The notes under the pieces are model-generated. The model ran no database searches. It was not told where the DNA came from and was given only the letters and a program-made list of their open reading frames with translations. The position numbers and the translations under genes are program-made. A stretch of 34,197 bases of DNA, taken from positions 1 to 34,197 of the forward strand of contig JBKCUU010000051.1 in assembly GCA_046318155.1 (NCBI GenBank). Direction: 5' to 3'. Origin of the DNA: Bdellovibrio sp. (GTDB lineage Bacteria > Bdellovibrionota > Bdellovibrionia > Bdellovibrionales > Bdellovibrionaceae). Position 1 is the stretch's first letter. Each line of letters starts with the position of its first letter. This document shows, piece by piece, positions 8,847-17,243 of this stretch.

Positions 8847-10262
8847 TTAACCCACCGAATTTTCTAGTTTCATTTCAATCAACTTCACCGCTTCAACCGA
8901 GAACTCAAGTGGCAATTCTTTAAAGACTTCTTTGCAGAAGCCATTCACCAACATCGAGATCGAGGACTCCATATCTAAGCCACGCGACTGCAGATAAAAT
9001 ATTTGATCTTCGCTAATCCGGCTCGTCGAAGCTTCGTGCTCAAGAATCGCCGTTTTATTTTTAACTTCGATATAAGGAAACGTGTTGGCCCGAGAATTTG
9101 AACCCACCAGCATCGAATCACACTGCGAGTAATTACGCGCGTTCTCGGCTGACGGCAAAATTTTGACTTGCCCGCGGTACGAATTGACCGAGTGATCTGC
9201 AGAAATCCCTTTCGAGATAATCGTCGACTTGGTGTTCTTGCCAATGTGAATCATTTTGGATCCCGTATCGGCTTGCATATAATCGTGCGTGAGCGCGACC
9301 GAGTAAAACGCGCCCTCGGACTGATCACCTTGCAAGATCACGGAAGGATACTTCCAGGTAATGGCTGAACCGGACTCCACTTGTGTCCACGAAATTTTAG
9401 ATTTGCGGCCCACACATTTTCCACGCTTGGTGACAAAGTTAAAGATGCCGCCTTTGCCCTCTTTGTCACCTGTGTACCAGTTTTGCACGGTCGAGTATTT
9501 GATCTCAGCATTTTCGAGTGAAACAAGCTCGACGACCGCGGCATGCAACTGGTTCTCATCCCGCTGGGGCGCCGTGCAACCTTCGAGGTAGTTTACGAAG
9601 CTGCCTTCATCGGCAATGATCAGCGTCCGCTCGAATTGACCCGTCTCTTGCGCATTGATTCGAAAGTACGTCGACAAATCAATGGGGCACTTCACGCCTT
9701 TCGGGATATAAACGAAAGACCCATCCGTAAAAACAGCGGCATTCAAAGCGGCATAGTAGTTATCCGTGAAAGGAACGACTGAGCCAAAGTATTTTTTGAC
9801 CAAGTCAGGATACTTGTGAAGAGCTTCCGAGATTGAACAAAAAATAACCCCGGCTTTTTCAAGCGTCTCGGTCTGTGTTTGACCAACCGAAACCGAATCA
9901 AAAACCAGATCGACGGCGATGCCCGAGATGCGTTTTTGCTCTTGCAGTGGAATCCCTAAGCGCTCAAAAGTTTTAAGCAACTCAGGATCAAGCTCATCTA
10001 AATTCTTAGGATTGTCAGAGCGGTTCTTCGGCGCTGAGTAGTAGCGTAAAGCCTGAAAATCAATTTGCGGGTAATTGACCATCGCCCACGTCGGCTCTTC
10101 CATGGTCAACCAGTGGCGAAAGGCCTTGAGGCGAACGTCGAGCATCCATTCGGGTTCATTTTTTTTGCTCGAGATGAGACGAATAATATCTTCGTTCAAA
10201 CCTTTGGGAGCTTGTTCAGTTTCAAGGTCGGTGACGAAGCCATACTTGTAATCACCACTCAT
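8847..10262 (-). CDS. sufB: Fe-S cluster assembly protein SufB
   Basis: [44 protein letters not shown]. The true start is probably ATG 10262, which overlaps the Rrf2 stop, rather than 10364. Confidence 0.98.
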   Translation of the reverse strand: MSGDYKYGFVTDLETEQAPKGLNEDIIRLISSKKNEPEWMLDVRLKAFRHWLTMEEPTWAMVNYPQIDFQALRYYSAPKNRSDNPKNLDELDPELLKTFERLGIPLQEQKRISGIAVDLVFDSVSVGQTQTETLEKAGVIFCSISEALHKYPDLVKKYFGSVVPFTDNYYAALNAAVFTDGSFVYIPKGVKCPIDLSTYFRINAQETGQFERTLIIADEGSFVNYLEGCTAPQRDENQLHAAVVELVSLENAEIKYSTVQNWYTGDKEGKGGIFNFVTKRGKCVGRKSKISWTQVESGSAITWKYPSVILQGDQSEGAFYSVALTHDYMQADTGSKMIHIGKNTKSTIISKGISADHSVNSYRGQVKILPSAENARNYSQCDSMLVGSNSRANTFPYIEVKNKTAILEHEASTSRISEDQIFYLQSRGLDMESSISMLVNGFCKEVFKELPLEFSVEAVKLIEMKLENSVG

Positions 10263-10678
10263 CGCGCAGCTCCTTGGCCTTGAAGAATCTCTTGGACCGA
10301 AAGGCCACGGTAGAAATCGCTGAGGCGGTTGTTCAAATTTTGAATGGGCGCAATAATATTGCACGAATGGTGGATGTCGCAGGTCTCACCAGAGCTGAGG
10401 CACTTGGCGATGGCGGTTTTGCCTTCCATCATCTCGATCAATTCGAGAAGCGTCACTTGATCAAGCGGCCGCGTGAGTTTGTAGCCACCCTGCTTGCCTT
10501 GTTCGGACCGCAAAAGGCCCGTCTGCGCCATGATTTGGAGCGAGCGCGCCACGGCTTCAAAGGGCGCATGAAAGGCATCGGCCACCTCTTTGGCGGTCGT
10601 CAGCTCACCCGAGGCCTTGGCCCCGATGTGCTTGAGCGCCATCAGCGAATACTCGACTTTACGGTGAACCTTGTTCAT
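10259..10678 (-). CDS. Rrf2-family (IscR/SufR-like) transcriptional regulator
   Basis: Winged HTH with [11 protein letters not shown], three C-terminal Cys ([14 protein letters not shown]), first gene of the suf operon. Confidence 0.93.
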   Translation of the reverse strand: MNKVHRKVEYSLMALKHIGAKASGELTTAKEVADAFHAPFEAVARSLQIMAQTGLLRSEQGKQGGYKLTRPLDQVTLLELIEMMEGKTAIAKCLSSGETCDIHHSCNIIAPIQNLNNRLSDFYRGLSVQEILQGQGAAR

Positions 10679-10679
10679 G

Positions 10680-10710
10680 AAAAAACCCCGGCCGTTGTGC
10701 TACCGGGGTT
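10680..10710 (-). promoter_or_regulatory. Terminator-like hairpin directly before the Rrf2 start codon
   Basis: Minus strand reads AACCCCGG-TAGCACAACGG-CCGGGG-TTTTTT-C-ATG. The 3' arm contains the only SD-like GGGG. Confidence 0.55.
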
Positions 10711-10737
10711 CTAGATGAAAACTCAATGAAAGGAAAG

Positions 10738-10766
10738 TGAAATACGTCAATTTATGACGTATTTCA
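10738..10766. promoter_or_regulatory. Perfect palindrome, putative Rrf2 operator
   Basis: TGAAATACGTCA-ATTTA-TGACGTATTTCA (12-5-12), 60 bp upstream of the Rrf2 gene. Overlaps TTGAAA and TTGACG -35-like hexamers on the minus strand. Confidence 0.7.
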
Positions 10767-10768
10767 AC

Positions 10769-12379
10769 TTACCTCACGGGAGGCGTGTACGGAGGTCCAG
10801 GAACCGGCACCGGAACGGGCACGGGAACTGGGATCGGGTTCGGGATGGGGTTCGGTACCGCATAAGGGTTCGGAACATAGATCATTTTTTTCTTAGGCTT
10901 AATGAGCAGCCAAGCCAAGAGTCCACCGATGACTAAGCCTCCGACGCCCCACATCCAACCCGCAATACCGCCTTCTTTTTTGTTCTCGTTTGGCGGCACT
11001 TGAGGCGTATCGGCACCAGGAGGATTGTCAGAAGTCGGCGCGCCGCGAGGACCGCAGTCGCGTTCATACATACCATCACCCATGACAGGTTCTTGATCCG
11101 GATCACAGACGCAGCGAAAGTGACCCGGGCACTGATCCACGGCGCGGCGCTGACCTTCAGGGCACTTCAACTGGTCGCGCGGGCAACCTTTACTGTCACA
11201 CTGATTGTCGACAACCGGTGGTTGCGTGGGAACGGGTACCGCATCATTGGGATTGCCTCGGCAATTCAAGCTCGGGAACCGCGCTTGAGTTCCGCTTTTT
11301 TGTAAATCCTTGCACTGCAAAGCGGCCAAATCAGCATAGCGATTGCGAAGCTCAACGCAGGCTGAAGCTTGTGCCGCCGAAGGTGCGCGGTTTCCAGTCT
11401 TCATGGCTTCGCAAGTGCGCTTCACTTCTTCCAGCGCTGTCAAAGCACTGCGCTGAGCCGTGTCGAATTCTTCTTTATTGCGAATCGTGCGAGGAAAAGC
11501 CGAGTCCACATTTCGGTGAGCCGCGGTACATGCGCCAGGCGCTGCCGTTGCAGAAACCCACTGGGACTGTTCGCCAAAGATGGCCGTGTTACAACGAATT
11601 TCACCGCCATTACGATTGGGGAGCGCGCTGTCGCCCTTGCCACAAACGCCGGCTTTGTAGGTCGATGCAAAACCCGCAATAATACAGCCTTTGCCGTCAG
11701 CGGGTCTTCCTGCCGCCGCGGCTGCAAACGCGTTTTCGACAAGCACATGCCAGATCGATCCAGTTTGAACGCCTTCAACTTGCGATGCCTGAACTTTCTC
11801 AGCTGCTTCCATCAAGTCCTGGAGTTTACGAAAGTACTGCTTCTTTTCTTTGATCGTGAGCTTTTCGATATCATCCGATTTTAGAATCTCGAATGAGGGT
11901 TTCGCGGCTGCGAATGCACCAGCCTGCGCAAGCACTGTCCGAAGTTGTTCGTACATCGCCGCAGAACCATCCGCTGTGTTTAAGCGGAGCGTAATCGGCT
12001 TTTTATTGATCGAGCTCACAACGCGAACAACGGCATTGCCATCTTCTTGTGTAATATCGATCGTTGCCGATTGGCCGTCTTGAACCGTCAGGATCTGCAG
12101 GTCTTCGCCGCCGCGGTTATTTTTGATCTTATTAATCTGAACCTTAGGAATGACCAAGCCGGGCATTTTATCCGACAGGTCTTTCATGAGCTGATAATCG
12201 CTCTTGCTCAGATGGGTTTGTGAATTGCGAACCAGGTCCGAAAACGTTCGACTCTTTTGCGAGAGTTTAGTTTTCTTCACGTACTCAATCACTAAACCTT
12301 GTGAAGAAGCAGTTCCTGGAGCAGCGAAAGACGTCACCGTGAAGATCAACGACAAACTAAGTATGAGGAAACGAGACAT
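10769..12379 (-). CDS. Cys-rich single-pass membrane protein with signal peptide and Pro-repeat tail, unknown function
   Basis: Signal peptide ending TSFA; 15 Cys, all in the C-terminal ~60%; TM segment GIAGWMWGVGGLVIGGLLAWLLI followed by KPKKK and a PN/PI/PV repeat; SD GAGGGG upstream. Confidence 0.85.
   Translation of the reverse strand: MSRFLILSLSLIFTVTSFAAPGTASSQGLVIEYVKKTKLSQKSRTFSDLVRNSQTHLSKSDYQLMKDLSDKMPGLVIPKVQINKIKNNRGGEDLQILTVQDGQSATIDITQEDGNAVVRVVSSINKKPITLRLNTADGSAAMYEQLRTVLAQAGAFAAAKPSFEILKSDDIEKLTIKEKKQYFRKLQDLMEAAEKVQASQVEGVQTGSIWHVLVENAFAAAAAGRPADGKGCIIAGFASTYKAGVCGKGDSALPNRNGGEIRCNTAIFGEQSQWVSATAAPGACTAAHRNVDSAFPRTIRNKEEFDTAQRSALTALEEVKRTCEAMKTGNRAPSAAQASACVELRNRYADLAALQCKDLQKSGTQARFPSLNCRGNPNDAVPVPTQPPVVDNQCDSKGCPRDQLKCPEGQRRAVDQCPGHFRCVCDPDQEPVMGDGMYERDCGPRGAPTSDNPPGADTPQVPPNENKKEGGIAGWMWGVGGLVIGGLLAWLLIKPKKKMIYVPNPYAVPNPIPNPIPVPVPVPVPVPGPPYTPPVR
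10790..10880 (-). repeat. Pro-X dipeptide coding repeat (VPNPYAVPNPIPNPIPVPVPVPVPVPGP)
   Basis: Imperfect 6-bp periodic sequence with varied synonymous codons at the 3' end of the 536-aa gene. Confidence 0.8.
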
Positions 12380-12409
12380 GGGTGAACCCCCTCATACTTA
12401 GTCTATGTA

Positions 12410-14344
12410 TTACTGGACGTGAAGGAAGTCCTGTTCTTTCAAAAGAGGCAGAATATCGACGTTTTGGAAGACAGGATCAAAGTCGAACTTGAACCGAGGC
12501 GTCCCACCGGCACCCAATCCTAGACCCATCAGCCCCACTTCCGAGATGATCGAACCCGAAAATCCACCTGTGTACCGACTATGGACGAGGGGTGCATTCA
12601 GCAGAAGCCGGCTATAAGCCACATTCCGGCCTTCAGGGCGACAAGCGGCATCTTTTTGCTGACCAATCGAACTCATCATCTCGCTATAGATACTGCGTGA
12701 ATAATCCGTACCGCTCATCGGAGTTGCTCGAAAGTGATAAGCACCCACGGCAACGGCGGCGTCAGGCACTGAACCAATGGCAAACAAACGCCATTTTGCT
12801 GAGTCTCTTAAAGCATTGAAATAATCCGTTCGGACTTGGCCCGTAAAACCCGCAGAGTCTGCGGTCGCCCCTTGTGATGTGTAGTAACCCCAGTAACCAG
12901 CATCGGAAGATCCAGTTTCACAGTGAGTTCCGTTGTTCCATAAGTCGCCGAGCCCCATGATGATCGAGCGCGTGCTCGAGATCTGCAAGTTGCGGTGAGT
13001 GAAATCCCCAGCACCCGCCGTCGAATACGTGATAGGTCCGTAGATAAACACGGATCCTGTCGCGTAGATGCGGCAACCTTTGTGCGTGCTGATCGTGACA
13101 TTTTGCAGGTGCACAGCACCTTCAACCATCAAGTCACCCTCACACACGAGAGTGCCATTGTTTTTGAAGTACGTCGTCCCACCCGTCACTTTTGCCAGCC
13201 CCGAAAGCGCAGCGCCTCCAGCATCAGCAATGTACTTGTAACCGGCAGCGGTATCTGTGGTGTTGTTCCACTGAAAGACTGCTTTCAGACGAGAGATTGT
13301 GGGCGCACCGATAAAGAACGTGCCTTTTTCGATTACAGTCGCAGAGGGGGAGTCGGCATAAAACGAATTTGCTAAGCGGTGTTGAATATATCCTTTAAGA
13401 CTAGAGGCTCCTGTTGCGGCCGCAGGCCCAGCAGGTATTGAAGCCACAGGAACGTAGACCTTTTGTCCCGAGCCATCGCCGTTTTTCATTAAGTTTAAGT
13501 AGGCCCAAGAGCCCACACCGTTAACGCCACCACTGTGAGCGCGAAGAGCGTCTTGATCGCCGTACACCATGTCCCTGTTCCAAGAGTAAGTCGCATCAGG
13601 TGCGAGTTGTCCGAAGAAGTAGTTTCGACCAGCGCCATCGCCGCCGTAACCGAAATCGGTGATCACGTTTGAGTGAACTTCGGCGTGGCAAGTGATGCAA
13701 CCGGAACCGCGAATCGCAAGAGCCGGCTGAAGTAAGTTGACCGCGTTACCAACTTGCAAGGTGAGGCGTGCTGTTCGAACTGTGCCATCCGCGTGACGAG
13801 CGTAAACCCACACAAGGGCTTCACCGCGAAAACCAAACACGGGTGTAAACCGCAGTTGCCAGCTTGCCGCATCAATCACTTCGACGCGGCCAATGCCGGC
13901 CATGTCTTTTGATGTGAGGTTCGAAGTAAAATCGAGGCTGTACACAAACCCCGTGCGAGATCCTGTAAAGGCCGCTGTCCACTCTTTAGCTTCATTAAAA
14001 TTAGTGCGGATGAGTTGATCAACAAGTGCAAGATCATGAGTGGGAACGGGGCTGGTGGTGGTTGCGGTTGATGTGGCTGTGGAGGTTGATGTGGCTGTCG
14101 AAGTAGCGGTGGCGGTGGCCGTGGCGGTTGATGTGGCCGTCGCAGTGGCTGTCGCCGTCGCTGTTGCCGTTGCAGTTGCAGTGGCTGTGGCTGTCGCCGT
14201 TCCCTGTACGATGTTCGTGCTATCGGTCGAGACGTCGAAGGAGACGGGCGCACAGTTCTGGAAGGAGACCGAAACCAGCGGCAGTACGAGAAAAATCAAC
14301 ACGAGGTTCGCGAAAACCCAGCGCTTAAACGATTTTTTCTCCAT
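12410..14344 (-). CDS. FQNC-type lipoprotein with Thr/Ala stalk, Ig/cadherin-like domain, CxxCH motif and beta-rich C-terminal domain
   Basis: ATG 14344 with GGAGG SD; hydrophobic signal ending SFQNC (Cys31); RFTPVFGFRGEA resembles the FTP..F.G motif of cadherin-like/Big_9 repeats; CITCH at 13685-13699. Confidence 0.85.
   Translation of the reverse strand: MEKKSFKRWVFANLVLIFLVLPLVSVSFQNCAPVSFDVSTDSTNIVQGTATATATATATATATATATATATSTATATATATSTATSTSTATSTATTTSPVPTHDLALVDQLIRTNFNEAKEWTAAFTGSRTGFVYSLDFTSNLTSKDMAGIGRVEVIDAASWQLRFTPVFGFRGEALVWVYARHADGTVRTARLTLQVGNAVNLLQPALAIRGSGCITCHAEVHSNVITDFGYGGDGAGRNYFFGQLAPDATYSWNRDMVYGDQDALRAHSGGVNGVGSWAYLNLMKNGDGSGQKVYVPVASIPAGPAAATGASSLKGYIQHRLANSFYADSPSATVIEKGTFFIGAPTISRLKAVFQWNNTTDTAAGYKYIADAGGAALSGLAKVTGGTTYFKNNGTLVCEGDLMVEGAVHLQNVTISTHKGCRIYATGSVFIYGPITYSTAGAGDFTHRNLQISSTRSIIMGLGDLWNNGTHCETGSSDAGYWGYYTSQGATADSAGFTGQVRTDYFNALRDSAKWRLFAIGSVPDAAVAVGAYHFRATPMSGTDYSRSIYSEMMSSIGQQKDAACRPEGRNVAYSRLLLNAPLVHSRYTGGFSGSIISEVGLMGLGLGAGGTPRFKFDFDPVFQNVDILPLLKEQDFLHVQ
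14054..14200 (-). repeat. 49-codon Thr-Ala/Ser low-complexity repeat
   Basis: Encodes TATATA...STATSTSTATSTATTT; synonymous codons are mixed (ACG/ACA/ACT/ACC, GCG/GCA/GCC). Confidence 0.9.
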
Positions 14345-14404
14345 GTAACCCTCCGTCAAATAGCAAGGCCCACGTCATCCCGACGCACAATTCCCCTGCC
14401 ATCA

Positions 14405-14431
14405 TTATCGGCACTTGTGTCTAGTTTCGGG
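14405..14431 (-). promoter_or_regulatory. Possible sigma28 (FliA) promoter for the FQNC lipoprotein operon
   Basis: Exact GCCGATAA -10 box (minus strand, 14412-14405) 60 bp upstream of the ATG. The -35 match is poor. Confidence 0.45.
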
Positions 14432-14531
14432 AGTCCTTTTTTAAAATATCTCGTCCTGAGCCCCCTCTCCAGGCCCCGACTTCTCTGGATTGTCTCTGAT
14501 TAAGACACTTTCTTTGACAAGACCCCCTTAA

Positions 14532-15311
14532 ATGCGGTCTTTACTCTCCATGCGTTTAGTCGGTTTGACCGCCATCGTGTTGTTAGTTCTCGCAATGATC
14601 CTGTCGTCCGCCCATTTTTGGGGTTTGTCTCAAATGCCAAAGGCCTTCGACCATCCCTGGTACAAGGTGCCTCGCCCTTGGCGCGTCGTGCCTTTGAGGT
14701 TTTTAGAAAAATCCATCAATAGCGATTTTATCTGGATCGATGTTGTGCGCTCAGTTGAGCAAAATCTGTATGCGGTCACCAAGCCCATCGATTTTTCGAA
14801 AAAGAATTGGAGTGACCAAGAACTCGCCGGCCATGGTTTTGCGCAATTAAAGGACGGCTTGGCTCAAACAAGAGATCGCAACGTCGTTTTAAATTTGGTG
14901 ACCAATGCAGATGGCATCGATTTGCAAATCTCAGATCTGATCGGCACCAGCGGCAAGGACCGAATCATGATCCAATCCGAATACGACATCCTCATGCGTT
15001 CGATCAAAAAGCTGCAACCCTTGTGGCTCTATGGCTCGAGCCAAGGTGAGCGTGTCCGGTTTCGTACTTTTGAGTCTCTTTGGATTTTGCCGGCGACTCC
15101 TTTTCAAGGCGATATCTACGTGGGACCCTTCAGACAAAAGAACGTCGAACTTTTGACCGAAAAAGTAGCACAGGAGCTCAAACGCCGCGGTCACAAAATG
15201 ATCATTGGCCCCGTTCAGACCCTTGATGACTACAACCTCGCCCTTCGTCTTGGAGCTGACGGGGTGTTCATTGATCAAGAGGAGGTTCTTGGCCTAACCT
15301 CAGGTCTATGA
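14532..15311 (+). CDS. Glycerophosphodiester phosphodiesterase-like protein, apparently degenerate, N-terminally anchored
   Basis: GDPD-like segments ([24 protein letters not shown]) but no N-terminal HRG motif. The start may be ATG 14550. The stop overlaps the tolQ ATG. Confidence 0.6.
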   Translation: MRSLLSMRLVGLTAIVLLVLAMILSSAHFWGLSQMPKAFDHPWYKVPRPWRVVPLRFLEKSINSDFIWIDVVRSVEQNLYAVTKPIDFSKKNWSDQELAGHGFAQLKDGLAQTRDRNVVLNLVTNADGIDLQISDLIGTSGKDRIMIQSEYDILMRSIKKLQPLWLYGSSQGERVRFRTFESLWILPATPFQGDIYVGPFRQKNVELLTEKVAQELKRRGHKMIIGPVQTLDDYNLALRLGADGVFIDQEEVLGLTSGL

Positions 15312-16030
15312 ATTATGCATGGGCTGCCCCAATCCAATCGTCTTCCGTCGCTGTCAACACCAATGCCTGGGATGCCATTTTAACGGCCAGCCCCGTGGTT
15401 CAACTCACGCTCCTGATCCTTGTCGGTCTTTCAGTCGTCTGTTGGGCGGTGGGATTTGCAAAATTCAATCAGCTTCGGCAGCTTGAATTGGCCAATGAGC
15501 CCTTTATCAATCGCTTCTGGAAAGCCTCTTCACTTGAGTCTTTAAATGAAGACTTGGATCAGTACCTCAAAAAAAGCAGCATCGCGCGAGTGTTTCGAGC
15601 GGGGTACATCGAGTTACAAAAGCTGGCCGACCAACGCGGCGGCACTGGGCCCTTGCAGCTCTCAGGTAGTGACAACTTAGAACGCGCCCTTCGAAAAGCC
15701 ATCGATCTCGAAATTTCGGCGATGGAAAATCGATTGACGATCTTGGCGACCACCGGATCAACGGGCCCCTTTATTGGCTTGTTCGGAACCGTGTGGGGAA
15801 TCATGGGCTCATTTCATAAGATTGGTCAGAGCGGATCGGCGAGCCTTGCCGTTGTCGCACCCGGGATTTCTGAAGCTTTGGTCGCAACGGCGATAGGTTT
15901 GGCGGCGGCAATCCCCGCCGTTGTTCTCTATAATAATTTTGTTGCAAAAATTCGCCGTGAAGAGACCGAGCTGAATAACTTTGCCAATGACTTCTTGAAC
16001 ATCGCAAAACGCAACTTTTTTAAAGAGTAA
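15308..16030 (+). CDS. tolQ: Tol-Pal motor subunit TolQ
   Basis: [43 protein letters not shown]; tolQRAB gene order. Confidence 0.95.
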   Translation: MNYAWAAPIQSSSVAVNTNAWDAILTASPVVQLTLLILVGLSVVCWAVGFAKFNQLRQLELANEPFINRFWKASSLESLNEDLDQYLKKSSIARVFRAGYIELQKLADQRGGTGPLQLSGSDNLERALRKAIDLEISAMENRLTILATTGSTGPFIGLFGTVWGIMGSFHKIGQSGSASLAVVAPGISEALVATAIGLAAAIPAVVLYNNFVAKIRREETELNNFANDFLNIAKRNFFKE

Positions 16031-16039
16031 AGTTAAACT

Positions 16040-16459
16040 ATGGGAATGGCTTCAGGATCTTCAAAAAGTCGCATGGCCATCAGCGAAATTAACGTCACCC
16101 CGTTGGTTGATGTCATGCTTGTGCTTTTGATCATGTTCATGGTGACGGCTCCGCTGATGCAACAAGGCCTGGAAGTCGAAGTCCCTAAAACCTCAGCTTC
16201 TGGCGTCGAGCCTCAAGAAGATCCTTTTCGTTTAGTGATCACGGTTGATCGAAAAATTATGGCCGCCAAGCAGCCAATAAAAATGAGCGAGCTCAAAAGA
16301 AAGCTCAAAGCGATTTTTGATAAACGCAAAAGCAAGCAGGTCTATATCGAAGCCGATGCCCGAGTTGATTACGGTTTTGTCGCGGAAGTCATGGCGGAAA
16401 TCCGCGCGGCCGAAATTTACAGCATCGGACTTATCACCCAACCAAAAGCTAGCCCTTGA
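16040..16459 (+). CDS. tolR: TolR/ExbD
   Basis: EINVTPLVDVMLVLLIMFMVTAP with the conserved Asp; IEAD..VDYG. Confidence 0.95.
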   Translation: MGMASGSSKSRMAISEINVTPLVDVMLVLLIMFMVTAPLMQQGLEVEVPKTSASGVEPQEDPFRLVITVDRKIMAAKQPIKMSELKRKLKAIFDKRKSKQVYIEADARVDYGFVAEVMAEIRAAEIYSIGLITQPKASP

Positions 16460-17229
16460 GTAGCGTCTACCCAATCCCCAAGAACGACCGCTTGAACCGC
16501 TATGTGGGGTTCTCTATTGGTGTTCACGTTTTGATTTTGCTGATTTTTACCGTCAAAGCCTTCTTTGCCGGCGATGCCATCGAGTATCAATCGGCCGTGC
16601 GTGTTGATCTAATCGGGCTCCCCGATAAAGTCATACCCGAGGATTTAAAACCCGCCTCAGGGCCGGCACCCGAGGCACCTCCGGCCGACAAGACCGAAGA
16701 AAACGCGAAGGCCGAACTTCCGACCAAGCTGCCAAAGACTGATCCCGATGCGATCAATCTCGATAAAAATAAATCCAAGCAAAAAGACGCCATGGCCAAA
16801 CTCAAGCAGATGAGTGCCTTCGAAAAAATACAGCAACAAGAGTTGGCCGAAGAACGCAAAAAACTAGACGCCTTGGCGGCTGCCAAGGCCAAGCAAATCA
16901 AAGGCAATCAAATTTCAAGCGGCTCACAGCTCTCGGGGATTTCTCGTCTGCAAGCCGACAACTACATCGGAAATGTTGAGCGTCAAATACGGGCGAACTG
17001 GGTCTTGCCGCAGTACCTGGCGAAAAAAAACCTGAAAGCTCAAGTCCGAGTCCGCTTTGATGAAACCGGGCAAGTGCTTTCGGCCCAAATTGTCAAATCG
17101 AGTGGAAATCCGACCTTTGACGAAATTGTCATCGACACAGTCCAGAAATCCTCACCTGTTCCTCCTCCGCCGGAGAAGTTTGTGAGACTCTTCAATCTTG
17201 AGGGAGTCCTCTTCGGATTTCCTGAATAA
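16456..17229 (+). CDS. tolA: TolA/TonB-like energy transducer
   Basis: N-terminal TM with S-x3-H (SIGVH), a Lys/Ala/Glu-rich linker, and C-terminal [12 protein letters not shown] start overlaps the tolR stop. Confidence 0.88.
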   Translation: MSSVYPIPKNDRLNRYVGFSIGVHVLILLIFTVKAFFAGDAIEYQSAVRVDLIGLPDKVIPEDLKPASGPAPEAPPADKTEENAKAELPTKLPKTDPDAINLDKNKSKQKDAMAKLKQMSAFEKIQQQELAEERKKLDALAAAKAKQIKGNQISSGSQLSGISRLQADNYIGNVERQIRANWVLPQYLAKKNLKAQVRVRFDETGQVLSAQIVKSSGNPTFDEIVIDTVQKSSPVPPPPEKFVRLFNLEGVLFGFPE

Positions 17230-17243
17230 CTTTCGGGGGCCCT

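Noticed and set aside
8847..10364. Extended N-termini given in the ORF track for sufB (also sufS, sufD and the epimerase)
   Set aside because: The extensions overlap upstream genes. Downstream ATGs give canonical N-termini and short start/stop overlaps (ATGA for the suf genes).
14054..14200. Possible CRISPR array or phase-variable microsatellite
   Set aside because: No repeat-spacer structure. The 6-bp periodicity is codon-level, in frame and synonymously diverged.
13876..14348. Gln/Pro/Arg-rich and Val/Ala-rich ORFs across the repeat
   Set aside because: Alternative-frame and antisense readings of the Thr-Ala tract.
14514..14547. TTGACA as the -35 of the tol operon promoter
   Set aside because: No acceptable -10 hexamer at 16-18 bp spacing.
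15308..17229. ExbB-ExbD-TonB uptake system
   Set aside because: The adjacent tolB and the absence of a TonB-dependent receptor favour TolQRA.
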